A program made the position numbers and the translations under genes. Below the pieces are notes generated by a model. The model was not told the origin of the DNA. It did no database searches and worked only from the letters and a program-made list of their open reading frames with translations. DNA of 63,349 bases, the filler included, from Anaerolineae bacterium (GTDB lineage Bacteria; Chloroflexota; Anaerolineae; Epilineales; Epilineaceae): NCBI GenBank assembly GCA_029262755.1. It is 5 parts of 5 records of this genome, joined end to end, with 100 filler letters (N's around TTAATTAATTAA, not from the genome) between each part and the next. Parts side by side here need not be neighbours in the genome. Positions count along the whole stretch, not along the records: positions 28,025 to 57,855 come from JAJCYU010000103.1; 4 more parts are not named here. One strand, 5' to 3'. Positions 30,250-41,576 of this stretch are shown here, in pieces. The stretch's first letter is position 1. Each line of letters starts with the position of its first letter.

Positions 30250-32772
30250 ATGTCCAAGTTCGATGACCGGTTTACTGAGCGAGCGCGCAAGGTCCTCATG
30301 TTGGCGCAAGAGGAGGCCAAGCGCCTTACCGACTCCTATATCGGTACCGAGCATCTCCTCCTCGGCCTGCTCAAGGAAGAACGTGGCGTGGCCTCCCGTG
30401 TCTTGCGCGATATGGGCCTCGACCCATTCCAGGTGCGCAAGTCCATCGAGCAGAGCGCGCTTCGTGGTTCGAGCCGCCCGCGCAGCCAGCAGGCAGCCGG
30501 GCTGACGCCACGAACGAAGCGCGTAATCGAGCGCGCGGTTGATGAAGCGCGGCAAATGAACCACCAGTACATCGGCACCGAGCACCTTCTGCTCGGGCTG
30601 ATCGGAGAGGGCGGAGGCTTGGCGGTGGAGGCCCTGCGCGAGATGGGCCTTGACCTGGATGATGTGCGTCGCCAAACCACACGCGCAATCATGCAGAATC
30701 CGTCTCGAAAGGGGCCCGAGAAGCAAAAGGGCAAGGGTCAGCAGACGCCGTTGATGGACCAACTCGGTGTCGATCTCACCACGCAGGCCGAAGAAGGTCA
30801 GCTCGATCCCGTGGTTGGTCGACAGACCGAGATCGAACGTGTCATCCAGATCCTTTCGCGGCGAACGAAAAACAACCCTGCGCTAATCGGCGAACCCGGT
30901 GTCGGCAAGACCGCCATCGTCGAAGCCCTGGCTCAGCGCATCGCGTCGGGGGATATTCCCTCCCAGCTTCGCGACAAGCGATTGTTCATGCTCGACGTGG
31001 GCAGCCTCGTGGCCGGCACCATCTACCGCGGGCAGTTCGAAGAGCGAATGAAGCGCGTGGTCGACGAGATCAAGGGCACCGATGCGATCTTGTTCATCGA
31101 TGAGCTCCACATGCTCGTCGGCGCCGGCGCGGCGGGTTCAAGTGTTGATGCCGCGAACCTTCTGAAGCCGGCACTCGCGCGCGGCGAGCTCCAGGTAATC
31201 GGCGCGACGACGCTCGACGAGTATCGCCGCTACATCGAGTCGGATGCCGCGCTGGAGCGCCGATTCCAGCCCGTGCTCGTCGATGAGCCGAACGTCGAGG
31301 ACACCGTGCAGATCCTGCGTGGTATCCGCGCACGGTATGAAGAGCATCACAACGTCAAGATCGAAGACGAAGCGCTGTTCGCCGCCGCTCATCTCGCGGC
31401 ACGCTATATCACCGATCGCTTCCTTCCCGACAAGGCCATCGACCTGGTCGACGAGGCGGCGAGTCGTGTCCGTATGTACAAGATTCCCGACACGCCGGGC
31501 TTGAAGGAAGCGTTCGACGCGTTGAAGGAGAGTCAGGAGCAGCGCGAGACCGCGTTCAACGAGGAACGCTACGAGGAAGCGGTCGTGCTGCGCGGCGAAG
31601 AGCGCAACCTCATGGAGCAGATCGACGCCCTGCGCGAGGACGGCGAGGCGACGTTGCGCGTGACGGATGAGGATATCGCCGAGGTCGTCGCCATGTGGAC
31701 CGGCGTGCCGGTGGTGCGCATTGCCGGCGAGGAGAGCGAACGCCTACTCCAGATGGAGACGGCGCTGCACGAGCGGATCGTAGGCCAGGACGAGGCCGTT
31801 GAGGCGATCTCCAAGGCCGTCCGCCGAGCACGTGCCGGCCTCAAGGATCCGCGACGTCCGATCGGCACCTACATCTTCCTTGGTCCGACGGGCGTGGGCA
31901 AGACGGAGCTGGCCAAAGCACTCGCCGAGTTCATGTTCGGCAGTGAGGACGCCTTGCTCCAGGTCGATATGAGCGAGTTCATGGAGCGGCATGCGGTCAG
32001 TCGATTGGTTGGCGCCCCGCCCGGATACGTCGGCTATGACCAGGGCGGACAATTGACGGAGGCGGTGCGCAGACGCCCCTATCAGGTGGTCTTGCTCGAC
32101 GAGATTGAGAAGGCGCACCCGGAAGTCTTCAACATGCTCTTGCAGATCATGGAAGACGGTCAGTTGACCGACGCCAAGGGTCGCAAGGTCGATTTCCGAA
32201 ACACGATCATCATTATGACAAGCAACGTGGGTGCTTCGAGGCTCAACCGCCAACAGGCGCTCGGGTTTGATCTCAACGAGGGCGACGAAGTCCAGGCCGA
32301 TCACGAGTATGACGAGATTCGGGAGAAGGTGCTCGACGAGTTGAAGCGCGCCTTCAAGCCGGAATTCATCAACCGGGTCGACAAGTTGCTGGTCTTCCAC
32401 CCGTTGACCCGCAGCGAACTGCGTGAGATCGTCGACATCCAGATCGAGCGCCTCACGCCCCGCCTGGAAGAACAGGATCTGCGCTTCGAGATTACGGACG
32501 AAGCGAAGGACCGGATCCTCGATGTCGGCTACGAGCCCGAGTTCGGAGCTAGGCCGCTGCGCCGTGCGATCCGGGATCTCATCGAGGACCCACTCAGCGA
32601 GAAGCTGTTGGCCGGCGAAATCCAATCGGGCGACCTTATCGAGGTCGATGTGGAGGGCGACGAGGATAGCAAGAGCCTCGAGTTCGAGATCCTGGAACGC
32701 GCTGCGACCGAAACCGAGGCCGAAGCGGAGGCCGAAGTCGACGAGCCGCCCGCGGAGCCTGAACCCGCGTAG
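30250..32772 (+). CDS. clpC: ATP-dependent Clp protease ATPase subunit ClpC
   Basis: Two Clp-N repeats (GTEHLLLGL); Walker A GEPGVGKT and [11 protein letters not shown]-like M domain; LGF ClpP-docking loop. Confidence 0.95.
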   Translation: MSKFDDRFTERARKVLMLAQEEAKRLTDSYIGTEHLLLGLLKEERGVASRVLRDMGLDPFQVRKSIEQSALRGSSRPRSQQAAGLTPRTKRVIERAVDEARQMNHQYIGTEHLLLGLIGEGGGLAVEALREMGLDLDDVRRQTTRAIMQNPSRKGPEKQKGKGQQTPLMDQLGVDLTTQAEEGQLDPVVGRQTEIERVIQILSRRTKNNPALIGEPGVGKTAIVEALAQRIASGDIPSQLRDKRLFMLDVGSLVAGTIYRGQFEERMKRVVDEIKGTDAILFIDELHMLVGAGAAGSSVDAANLLKPALARGELQVIGATTLDEYRRYIESDAALERRFQPVLVDEPNVEDTVQILRGIRARYEEHHNVKIEDEALFAAAHLAARYITDRFLPDKAIDLVDEAASRVRMYKIPDTPGLKEAFDALKESQEQRETAFNEERYEEAVVLRGEERNLMEQIDALREDGEATLRVTDEDIAEVVAMWTGVPVVRIAGEESERLLQMETALHERIVGQDEAVEAISKAVRRARAGLKDPRRPIGTYIFLGPTGVGKTELAKALAEFMFGSEDALLQVDMSEFMERHAVSRLVGAPPGYVGYDQGGQLTEAVRRRPYQVVLLDEIEKAHPEVFNMLLQIMEDGQLTDAKGRKVDFRNTIIIMTSNVGASRLNRQQALGFDLNEGDEVQADHEYDEIREKVLDELKRAFKPEFINRVDKLLVFHPLTRSELREIVDIQIERLTPRLEEQDLRFEITDEAKDRILDVGYEPEFGARPLRRAIRDLIEDPLSEKLLAGEIQSGDLIEVDVEGDEDSKSLEFEILERAATETEAEAEAEVDEPPAEPEPA

Positions 32773-32869
32773 GCAAGAAGCGTTCGTCGTCTCGGCGGAC
32801 GCCGAACGGTGAGTGGGCCTGTGATGCAGTAATTGCAGGCGCGCCTACTAGGCACGCTTCGTCGGCAGG

Positions 32870-35800
32870 CTATGGGCGCCACTCCATGCGCCCGCCCGGC
32901 CCCTCTTCCAAGACCCGACCGTCATCGAAGCGGATGACCAGATCGCGGGCCGTCGCAACGCCGAAATCGACCTCGACCCCACGGCCATCCAGGAGCAGGT
33001 AGTCCGGCGCCTGTACGAAGTCGACCCGGCTGCCTTCCCGTAGCGCGCTGTAGGCGAAAAGATCGGGCGCGTCGACGGCCCAACCGTCGGGCGGAAGGTC
33101 AAGATCGCGGTTGCGGACCTGGACGGGCCACACATCCGTGCCGTGGTTGACCCAGAGCGTGAGCGGCCCGTTACCGTAGCGCATGCGCAGCCGCGGTCCG
33201 GCGAGATCGAGTTCTTCGCGCAGCGCCGCGCTGAGATCGCGTGCCTCGTCGTCCGGACCGATATAGGAGATCGCCGCGATGGGTCGATCCAGCAACCGTG
33301 AAACGATCGGTCGCAGCCCGTAGTGCTCCTTGAGCGACTCCGCCTCATCGAGCCAGGGTATCGCCGTCGTCTCGCTCAGGCCGAGCGTCCACCACGACGC
33401 GGCATGCCCGTAGGTCAAGGACGCGGCCCGGTAGGCATCCCGTTGCCGCGCGTCGAGGGGCGGGCTGATCTCCGCTCCGAAAAAGCGCTCGTATGGGCCC
33501 ATGCCGTAGCCGACCATCCGCTCGCGGATGATCCGTAGCTCGAAATCGGGCATCACGAGCTGGTTCTCGCCCGCGACGCTGTTGTCGAGCACGCCGGTCG
33601 AAAGGGAGCGAGACGTGCCGTCGATCCAGCCCGCGTACAGGCTGTCGTAGCGCGCCTCCCACGGACCGTACGCACCATCGCCGAACACGGGGCCAAGGGT
33701 GCGTTGGAGGCGGTCAAAGAGACGCATGGCTGCGTGCACCGCGCCACGTGTCGTCGAAGGCTGCGCCGGCGGCACCGCCCGATCGATGCCGTTGGATGGT
33801 GCACCGGGCAATCCCCACGCGGGGTTCCACGCCGCGAGCGCGTCAAGATTGGCTGCGCCGATACCCATGGCGGCCAAACGAGCGGCATCGTCCGCCGCGA
33901 CCCGCTCGGCGCCGGTCGGCCCCAGCAAGAGACGAGGGGTCGTCGTATCGTCCGCGCACGGCCACGGCGCGTCGAGCGCCTTGGGGACGCCGTCCCTGTC
34001 CACGGGTGCGTCGCCTTCCCGCCATGCGGGATTCGGCAGACCGGGGCAACCGGACACGGTTGAGGTGTAGCTCAGGCCGGCCGCGATGAGGTCGCCGGCC
34101 GCCGTCAGACGGGCCAGCGAAGCCTCGTCGCCCAGATCCGGACGGATTGGCAGGGTGGAGGGCGGCATTGCAGCCGGATCGGCCAGCGCGGGCATCTGCA
34201 GCACGAGGTCGCGCACGCCTAGCGAAGCCATACGCTCCACCCAGCGCGCTGCATCGTCGAATGTCGCGCCGCCGCGCGTCTCCAGATGTGCGAAGCTCTT
34301 GGTCAGCAGGCCGGGCCGCAGCGGTGACGCTGGGCCGCCGGGCACCGGAAAGAGGTCCTCGACCACCGTTGACACGCTAAGCCATGCACGTTCGTCGACC
34401 GGCGCAACGCGTCCCGCGGCGTCCGGGGCGTATAGCGCGCTGATCTCGTTGGTGAACGCATCGGGCAAGGAGGCGGGTCCGCGCGGCGCGAGATCGGTAC
34501 CGTGGCTCGCGGTCGGGTCGAGCAACAGGCCGACGAAGAGGCGCCGGGCCACCATGGTCACCGGTGCCATGCCCATGTACGGAATCCGGACGGCAATCGC
34601 ATCCGACCAGCCTTCGATGTCACCGCCCGTGAAGCCCGCATAGTGGCCGATGGTCGCGGGCACGACCCCGTCCAGGCTGCGAGCGTGGATCGCAATCGCC
34701 CCCCCGACGGGTCGCAGCTCGTAGCGCTTGCGGTGCTCCACGTCTTCCAGCCGTTCCGTGACGGTCATGACGACCGCGCCACCGAGTAGCGCGTGCTCGA
34801 CCCCCGTGACCGGCCACTCTACCCGGAAGAGGCGTGGTTCGAGCAGTCCGGCGTCCTCTGATCGGAAGTACAAGCCCCCTCCGGCCAACGGATAGCGGCC
34901 GGTCGCCGTGTCGCGCAAGGCAAGACGTCCCCGCGTAAAGTCCGGATGGGTCGTCTCCAGTTCCAACTCCATGCTCTGCGCGCCCGTCTGCCGGAAGCGA
35001 TAGAGCCGGAACGTCTCATCGTATTCCACTGTGGCGTCGCCTGCTCGTGCAGCCGAAGCGGGCGCGACCCCGTACGCCTCGGGATCCCGCGGAAAGAAGA
35101 ATGCAGTGGGCGATGGTGTTGGGGTTGGGCTCGCGCCGCGCGTGGGACTAGCCGGCGCTGTCCCGGAAGGGCCAGGGGTCGCCGAGGCGGGGCCACCGCC
35201 CTGGGTCGGCGTCGGCGACGCGCTCGGCTGGACGGTCTCGGTTCCCGCAACGACCGGCGTGCTGGACGCCGTCCCACGGCGTGTTGCTGTAGGGCTCGGG
35301 GAGGCGCTCGCGGCGCCCCCCGGCGTTGGGGTGCGGCTCGGCCACGGCGTCGGCGTGAACGTGACCGGGGTCGGCGGCGTGACCGTCCGATTGGGCGTAC
35401 GCAGAACGCAAAACGGGAGGTAGATACGGCCCGCCGGCTCGCCGGCCGCTTGGGCCGGCCGCGCGGCATGCACGAGCTCGGACGACAGCGGGGTGGCCGC
35501 GGATTGCGGGTGGAAGGTGAGTAGCCCCAGGAGGCCGATGAAACCGCAGGCAGCGGTCTGACTGCGCGACCAGAACGACTGGCCTGACTCGCGTGACGCC
35601 TCGTTCTGACGTTCGAACGACCGGTCCGACTGCACCGAACCAGCGCTGTGCGTCTGGTCGCGAGGCAGCAAGGCTGTGAGCAACCCTGTCGCCTGCCGAC
35701 CCAAGGACCTAGCTCGTACGAATCGCGGCGACCGTAGGGATCGCAGGTGGCCGCGTGCCTTGCGCCGGCTACCGCTTTGAAGCTTCGAATGATTGTGCAT
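32870..35800 (-). CDS. Large exported protein with RIYLPF motif and T/P linker; possible DUF5696-like glycoside-hydrolase fold
   Basis: Start 35800 is supported by the adjacent promoter. Hydrophobic segment, RIYLPFCV, T/P stalk, then GPVFGDG...YAGWIDG...PDFEL...GYGMG. Family call is tentative. Confidence 0.55.
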   Translation of the reverse strand: MHNHSKLQSGSRRKARGHLRSLRSPRFVRARSLGRQATGLLTALLPRDQTHSAGSVQSDRSFERQNEASRESGQSFWSRSQTAACGFIGLLGLLTFHPQSAATPLSSELVHAARPAQAAGEPAGRIYLPFCVLRTPNRTVTPPTPVTFTPTPWPSRTPTPGGAASASPSPTATRRGTASSTPVVAGTETVQPSASPTPTQGGGPASATPGPSGTAPASPTRGASPTPTPSPTAFFFPRDPEAYGVAPASAARAGDATVEYDETFRLYRFRQTGAQSMELELETTHPDFTRGRLALRDTATGRYPLAGGGLYFRSEDAGLLEPRLFRVEWPVTGVEHALLGGAVVMTVTERLEDVEHRKRYELRPVGGAIAIHARSLDGVVPATIGHYAGFTGGDIEGWSDAIAVRIPYMGMAPVTMVARRLFVGLLLDPTASHGTDLAPRGPASLPDAFTNEISALYAPDAAGRVAPVDERAWLSVSTVVEDLFPVPGGPASPLRPGLLTKSFAHLETRGGATFDDAARWVERMASLGVRDLVLQMPALADPAAMPPSTLPIRPDLGDEASLARLTAAGDLIAAGLSYTSTVSGCPGLPNPAWREGDAPVDRDGVPKALDAPWPCADDTTTPRLLLGPTGAERVAADDAARLAAMGIGAANLDALAAWNPAWGLPGAPSNGIDRAVPPAQPSTTRGAVHAAMRLFDRLQRTLGPVFGDGAYGPWEARYDSLYAGWIDGTSRSLSTGVLDNSVAGENQLVMPDFELRIIRERMVGYGMGPYERFFGAEISPPLDARQRDAYRAASLTYGHAASWWTLGLSETTAIPWLDEAESLKEHYGLRPIVSRLLDRPIAAISYIGPDDEARDLSAALREELDLAGPRLRMRYGNGPLTLWVNHGTDVWPVQVRNRDLDLPPDGWAVDAPDLFAYSALREGSRVDFVQAPDYLLLDGRGVEVDFGVATARDLVIRFDDGRVLEEGPGGRMEWRP

Positions 35801-35807
35801 GGCGCGG

Positions 35808-35836
35808 ACGGTAGAGGGCGGGCGGGGTCGGGTCAA
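35808..35836 (-). promoter_or_regulatory. sigma70-type promoter, leaderless geometry
   Basis: TTGACC-17 nt-TACCGT-7 nt-ATG(35800); no SD sequence. Confidence 0.65.
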
Positions 35837-35879
35837 GCCCTCATCCGCCCTGCACCGAACGTTTCTGCGAAAGCCCGTG

Positions 35880-37088
35880 CTACGGCGATTCGTGCGTCGC
35901 CGTGAGCGAGCGTTCCGTGGCGATCGGGTTCGGCGGCAAGCCGGTCGGCGGAACCTGGGTAGGCGGTACCTGGGTGGCCGGCACGGCCGTCGGCGGCACG
36001 CTCGTCGGCGCCGATGTCGGCGGTGGCGGCGTAGGCGGCGCGCTCGTTGGCGGCGCGCTCGTCGCCGGCGCACGGGTTGCCACGGGACCTCCCGGCGAGC
36101 CCGGTCCGACGCGTGTCGAGCTCGCGACCGGCGACGGCAGGGGCGTGAAGGTCGCGACACCTGTCGCGGTCCTCGTAGCCGCTACGGTCGCAGGCGAAGC
36201 CGTGAACGTAGCTGCATCCGGTGCGCTGGTATCGGAGAATTCCGTCGCCTCGGCAGGCGCGGGATCCGGCTCGGTACCGCCCGGTTCGTCCTCTGGCGCT
36301 TCGCCGGCCACACCTCCACGCTGGGAGGGAGCATCTGGCGCACCACCCGGCGCGCCGCCGTCGTCCTCCTGCGCGGACGGCACCGAGCCCTCGACCGCGT
36401 CCGCGGCCGCAGCGAGTCGCACCGCCGTGGCAGGATCGAGCGCGCCGACATCGTCCGCCAGGTCGCGCAGAGCGCGAGCGCTCTCCGCGGCCTCCACGGC
36501 GGCCAAGCTCGATAGCGAGCCCCCGGGAGCGTCGCGCAACAACGCACGGTGCGCCGCCACGAGCCGATCGATGTCCGCAGGCTTCGGCATCACGCCGCGA
36601 TCCACCAACGCGCGCAGCTCCGCCAGACGTTCCGCCGCCATCCCGGCGCGCAGCAGGGCGCGCGCCTCGGGTCCGACCGTGATAACAACGCGAGCCGACT
36701 CCGCGGCGAGCTTCACGCCGTACAGGGCGTCGCCGGGCAGGCTGTCGGCCGACACCGCGACCGCGGAGCCAAGGGCCAAGCTGAGAGAAAGTGCGATCGC
36801 AACGCCGCGCACGGCCCAACGGCGCCACACGCCGACGAGCATGCCGGACGCGGTCCGGACATCGCTGCCCTGCGCGGGGTGCTGCGCGGCCAGCATGTCC
36901 TGTAGCGCCGCCTGCTGGCTGGCCCGCATGGCACCGGGCGCCGGCGTCGGCAACAGCATTTCGGCAGCCAACGCCAACTCGACCAAGCCGCGCAGGGCGG
37001 CATCCGCCCCGACCGACTCGAACACCACCTCGGCGCGCTCGCCGCTTGCGATGCGGTCCAGACAGCGCTGGAGCAGTTCAGCACTCAT
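35880..37088 (-). CDS. Putative membrane anti-sigma factor with DUF5667-like domain and Pro/Thr tail
   Basis: ATGA overlap with ECF sigma; LQRCLDRI N-terminus; TM helix; DSLPGDALYGVKLAAE. Confidence 0.78.
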   Translation of the reverse strand: MSAELLQRCLDRIASGERAEVVFESVGADAALRGLVELALAAEMLLPTPAPGAMRASQQAALQDMLAAQHPAQGSDVRTASGMLVGVWRRWAVRGVAIALSLSLALGSAVAVSADSLPGDALYGVKLAAESARVVITVGPEARALLRAGMAAERLAELRALVDRGVMPKPADIDRLVAAHRALLRDAPGGSLSSLAAVEAAESARALRDLADDVGALDPATAVRLAAAADAVEGSVPSAQEDDGGAPGGAPDAPSQRGGVAGEAPEDEPGGTEPDPAPAEATEFSDTSAPDAATFTASPATVAATRTATGVATFTPLPSPVASSTRVGPGSPGGPVATRAPATSAPPTSAPPTPPPPTSAPTSVPPTAVPATQVPPTQVPPTGLPPNPIATERSLTATHESP

Positions 37089-37696
37089 GCGCCCACGTCC
37101 CGCGCGCCGTCATCCAGCGCCTTGCGCAAGGCCCGAAGAGCATGGTGCTGTAGGTTCTTGATCGCGCCTTCGCTTCGGTCCATGACATCCGCCGTCTCGC
37201 GAATCGACAGCCCCGATCCGAATCGCAACGCCACGACTTGGCGTTGCAGATCGGTCAAACTCTCCGAGGCTTCCATCAACCGTGCTCGATCGAGCACGGA
37301 TTCGGCGCGCGACACGTCCTCCTCTCCTTGTTCGTCGACCAAACGGTCGAGTCGGCCACCTTCATCATCGTCACCTACCGACTCCGTGAGCGATACCGCG
37401 CGCTCCGGACGTCGACCCTGCCTTCGCCAATGATCAATCACCGTGTTGCGTGCGATCCGCATCAGCCACGGCGCCAGCGAACCCTGCCAATCGAACCCCT
37501 CCAGCGCGCGCATCATCTGCACGAACACGTCCTGGGTAAGGTCTTCGGCCAACGCCCGATCCCGGACACGGAACACGATGAAGCTGAACACCCGGTCGAC
37601 GTGACGCTGGTAGAGTTCGCCGAAGGCTCGTGTATCGCCCTTTGCCGCCAACCCTACGAGGCGTCGCTCATCGGCGCCGCCCTTCAAGCCAACCAT
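37085..37696 (-). CDS. ECF sigma factor 1
   Basis: AFGELYQRH, AEDLTQDVF, WLMRIARNTVIDHWR, region 4 SEGAIKNLQHHALRAL. Confidence 0.92.
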   Translation of the reverse strand: MVGLKGGADERRLVGLAAKGDTRAFGELYQRHVDRVFSFIVFRVRDRALAEDLTQDVFVQMMRALEGFDWQGSLAPWLMRIARNTVIDHWRRQGRRPERAVSLTESVGDDDEGGRLDRLVDEQGEEDVSRAESVLDRARLMEASESLTDLQRQVVALRFGSGLSIRETADVMDRSEGAIKNLQHHALRALRKALDDGARDVGA

Positions 37697-37965
37697 CCCG
37701 TGCTTCGCACCCTGTCGGCGCCCATCGATACCGCCCTTCCGTGGCGCTGACCGTCTACAGCCATCACAACGTTGCACCTCGTGGGCAGGATAGAGCGACG
37801 CGCGGATCCATCCGGTCGACGGCAGCGGGGACGCGCGGACACAAGAAGGGCCGACGCGGCGGCGAATCATACGGGAGCGCCGGGGATCGTGACAAGGGCT
37901 TGACGACGGAAGCGCCGCCAGGGCCTCCGGCTGGTCTTCGGCGCACATTCCCGACTGCCACGCAA

Positions 37966-40194
37966 CTAGCGCGGACACCTCGGAAGCGATACAAGCGCGC
38001 GAGGAACGGTCACGGCAGGATGATCCGCCGCGCGATGCGCACGGGAAGGGTGCCCGGCTAAGCGCACGAGGTCCGCCCTGCGCGCGGCGGCGCCGATCCC
38101 GATCGCATGCCGTTCGACGGCCGCCTGGTCGAGCGCGTCGAGCGCGCGCTGGAAGCCCTCCGGCGGGGTGCGGTTGAGATCACCATCGGTCATGATGACC
38201 AAGACGCGTTGGGCGTTTCGGGGCGGTGTGTCGGCGAAGAGCGCGGCCGCACTTCGTAGCGCAAGCGCATAGTCCGAACCGTCGAACTGCCAGAATGTTT
38301 CGAGGGACACGGCACGCGAGGGATCGCAACAAGGCTCCAGGTCCCACGTGATCAAGGACTCCGGATCAAGACCGAAGACCACGAGCCCGAAACGGTCGCG
38401 TCCAGGCCGCAAACCGGTGGCGCCATCACCGCCGAAGATCATGGCCCGAACCAATGCTCGTTCCGCGGTCCAGCGGTTGAGGCTACCGGGCACATCCGGT
38501 GTCGACATACTTCCGGACACGTCGGCCATGATGATCAGATCGACCGCGTCCCGCTCCCCCAGACATGCTCCCGGCAGCGCGATCGGCAACCAAATTCGTG
38601 CCATCGGTTGCGGTGGCGGGATGGTCGATGTCGCCGTGCGCGTCGGAGTAGGCGTGTGCGTGGGCGTTGACGAAGGGCCGGTGGGGGTCAACGTGCCGGT
38701 CGTGGGCGATTTGGTCGGCGTCGACGGCGTTCCCGGCGTCACGGGTATCGTAGGTGTTCCCGGCGTGGCGGTGGTGGTCGGCGTTGTGGGCGAGGCCGGG
38801 GTTGCCGGCGTATTGGGCGTCGACGGCGTTCCCGGTGTCGCGGGAGTCTCCGGGGTCTGTGGGGTGACCGGCGTCACGGGCTCGCAGGGAACGTCCAGCT
38901 CGACGTCCGGCAGCGTGATGGTCTGTCGCAGGTCGCGATACAGAGGGTCCTGGTACTCCACCGCCGCATACGACTCTGTCTCACCGGGAACGCTCGACGT
39001 GAATCGACCGCAGGTCATCACCTCGGCTTGATAGGTCAACGTGACGCTGTCCTTCGTCCATCGCTCGATGGTCCATGCCAAGACGTTGCCCGCACCGCCG
39101 GTAGGGTCCCCGCCCCCTACGTACCTCAGTTGCGGGGCCAACGTATCTTGAACCTCCACCGTGCGAATCGGGGCAAAGGGGCCGCGGGCCTGCAAAAGGT
39201 CGGACAACGGCTCGCGAAGTCCGTCCCACGCCAGCAGTTGGTACATGAACGGTTTGAGCGTCAAGGGCAGACAGCCGATCAGACAACGGGCGCCGTGGCA
39301 CGCGGCCGTCAGCACGATTCCGCTGTCCCGCAGGCCGCGCGCCTTCTGTCGCACGTTCTCGCAGGTGGATTCCTCACCCTCGTCGCTGGAGACCAGGAAG
39401 ACCACCTCGCGCAGGAGCGCTGGGGACTCGAGGTTGCGGACGGCGCCCAGAGCGATCAGGGATTCCGAGATCCCTGACTCCAAGCGCGCCGAGCCGCCAA
39501 GCTTTATGTTGTTCAGGTCAGCGACAAGGTCTTGGACATCCGTCACGCGGGCAAGCGGTCGCCCGGAACGGGCGGTTTCGGCGAAGCTCACGACACCCAC
39601 GCGTACATGCGGTTTGCTCGGCAGATTCATCGCCCGCAACGCGCCTTCCAGCGCACGACGCGCTTCATCGAGCTTGCCTCCGGCCATCTTGTCCGACGCA
39701 TCGATGAGCAACACGAGGTGCAGCGGACGCGTTGCGGCGTCGATACAATGGGTGCGCACTCCCGTCGTGATGACCACATCCGTGCCGATTTCCGGATCGA
39801 GCGGTGCCACCGTGCGCGTCACGGTGATGGCGCACGGCGCCCCTTGGGCAGCACCCATCGACGCAGCGCGAGCAGCCCTACCGCCGAACGGTCCAAGCTG
39901 CGGCCCGGCGATCGATCGAAGCGATGCGAACCCAGCGACGAGGGTGAGTGCAAGCACAACGATCGCCGGCGCGGTTGCGATGGCCTTCCGCACGGGCGAC
40001 GAACCTAGGGCGACCTCGAGCGTCCGCGGCCGAGAACTACGGTGGCTCTCGGAAACGGAGGCTCGGCTTCCCATCGCTCGGACCATGGGCCGGCGACGTT
40101 TTCCTTGCCTGCCTATCGTCGTAGCCGAACCGGAACGGGCCCGCCGCTTGATGCCCCGGACCTTGAGGGTTGGACGGGCGCCCAAGCGCATCAT
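37966..40194 (-). CDS. Exported protein with two vWA domains separated by a TP-rich linker
   Basis: IDASDKM (degenerate MIDAS) and ADVSGSM...MTDG; RIWLPIAL before the second vWA. Start is by ATGA overlap and uncertain. Confidence 0.8.
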   Translation of the reverse strand: MMRLGARPTLKVRGIKRRARSGSATTIGRQGKRRRPMVRAMGSRASVSESHRSSRPRTLEVALGSSPVRKAIATAPAIVVLALTLVAGFASLRSIAGPQLGPFGGRAARAASMGAAQGAPCAITVTRTVAPLDPEIGTDVVITTGVRTHCIDAATRPLHLVLLIDASDKMAGGKLDEARRALEGALRAMNLPSKPHVRVGVVSFAETARSGRPLARVTDVQDLVADLNNIKLGGSARLESGISESLIALGAVRNLESPALLREVVFLVSSDEGEESTCENVRQKARGLRDSGIVLTAACHGARCLIGCLPLTLKPFMYQLLAWDGLREPLSDLLQARGPFAPIRTVEVQDTLAPQLRYVGGGDPTGGAGNVLAWTIERWTKDSVTLTYQAEVMTCGRFTSSVPGETESYAAVEYQDPLYRDLRQTITLPDVELDVPCEPVTPVTPQTPETPATPGTPSTPNTPATPASPTTPTTTATPGTPTIPVTPGTPSTPTKSPTTGTLTPTGPSSTPTHTPTPTRTATSTIPPPQPMARIWLPIALPGACLGERDAVDLIIMADVSGSMSTPDVPGSLNRWTAERALVRAMIFGGDGATGLRPGRDRFGLVVFGLDPESLITWDLEPCCDPSRAVSLETFWQFDGSDYALALRSAAALFADTPPRNAQRVLVIMTDGDLNRTPPEGFQRALDALDQAAVERHAIGIGAAARRADLVRLAGHPSRAHRAADHPAVTVPRALVSLPRCPR

Positions 40195-41576
40195 GGCTGG
40201 GGATTCGGCTCCCCACCGGAGGCCGGGGGATCGTCGAGACCCGGCGATGCGGTCGGGTTCGGCGGAGGGCTGGGATCCATGGGCGGCGTGGGCATCGGGC
40301 CGATCGACGCCGGGGTCGGGGTAGGCCACGGATCGACCGGCGGCAGCGGATCCACGGTCGGCGTCGGTGGTGCGATGGACGTGGGCGGCACCTTGTCTGT
40401 CGCGGTGGGCACCGGCACGTTGACCGTCGGCACGGGCTCCGTTGGAGCCGGTGGTGGCGTCGTTGCCGTCGGCGTCGGGCGCGACGGCGGACGTGCGGGC
40501 GGAGGATCGTCCGGAACCTCCGTCGGCACGAGCGTCGGAACGGCCGTCGGCACGCCGGTCGGCGAACTGCTCGGCTGTGGGATCACGGTCACCGTTGGCC
40601 CGGTCGTTGGAAGAACGGTGGACGTCGGGGTCGGCGGGGCGATCTCGGTGATGGCCGCGCCGATGGTCGGTCGTCGCGGAGCCTCACCCGGCTGGCCCGG
40701 GAGCGGCTCACCCGGAGGCGCCCCCGCCACCGCGGTCGCCGCGGATGCCGATCCGGTGGTCGCCGTGGCCCGTGGTGGCACGGCGACCGAGCCAACACCG
40801 CCGCGTTCCTCGTTCGGTGGAGGATTCGCCACGCTTGAGTCGAGCAGCCGGACGTGAAGCGCGAGGCGCGCTGTCGCGATCTCATCCTGCTCCTCGGGCG
40901 TCAGCCGAGCATCCCGTTGTAGCAACTCGAGGGCATCGGCAGCGAACGATGCGCCGGAACGTGCCGTCCAGAGCGGGCGCAGGTCGTCGCCGATCCCGCC
41001 CGAGATACGCAGGGCTTCACCGTAGCCGGCCACGACACCGTGGACCGTGTCGGCCACGGCATCATCGCCTCGTCGCGGAGTTCCGACCAGGCGCTGCAAC
41101 TCGTCCAGACGATGCCACGCAAGATCGCATAGTATTTCGGCGCGCTCGACGGGCCCCCGGGCGAACCAGAGCTGCACCTGCTCGCCCAGCCGCTTGACCG
41201 GATAGAGCGGGTGGCCCACCGTCGTATCTTGCGCGAGCAGCACGGCCCCCATCAATGTGCCTGCGACGGCGAGGCCGACCGCCAGCGATCGCAACACGGT
41301 ACGACGCCGCGTGGATTCCACGACCGGGCTAGCGAGCCCGGTGCGCAGATCGGCGCGCAACTCATCTTCGAGATCGAGCACGAAGGAAGGACGCGGGTCG
41401 CCGACAAAGGCCTCGCGCCCCTCGACCAGTCTGCGACCCACCTCGTACATGGCGCGCTCGTCGGCGGAAAGTGCCGACGGCACGGCCCGTGACCCGGCAT
41501 CCGATGACGCGGCGTCCAAGCCCTTCGCCGCAGCCAGGCGATCCAACGCCCGATTCAGAGCATTATCGAAGGACAC
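40191..41576 (-). CDS. Putative membrane anti-sigma factor with DUF5667-like domain and Pro/Thr tail
   Basis: GTG 41576 with GGAGG RBS overlapping sigma 3' end; PRPSFVLDLE, TM helix, GHPLYPVKRLGEQV. Confidence 0.78.
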   Translation of the reverse strand: MSFDNALNRALDRLAAAKGLDAASSDAGSRAVPSALSADERAMYEVGRRLVEGREAFVGDPRPSFVLDLEDELRADLRTGLASPVVESTRRRTVLRSLAVGLAVAGTLMGAVLLAQDTTVGHPLYPVKRLGEQVQLWFARGPVERAEILCDLAWHRLDELQRLVGTPRRGDDAVADTVHGVVAGYGEALRISGGIGDDLRPLWTARSGASFAADALELLQRDARLTPEEQDEIATARLALHVRLLDSSVANPPPNEERGGVGSVAVPPRATATTGSASAATAVAGAPPGEPLPGQPGEAPRRPTIGAAITEIAPPTPTSTVLPTTGPTVTVIPQPSSSPTGVPTAVPTLVPTEVPDDPPPARPPSRPTPTATTPPPAPTEPVPTVNVPVPTATDKVPPTSIAPPTPTVDPLPPVDPWPTPTPASIGPMPTPPMDPSPPPNPTASPGLDDPPASGGEPNPQP

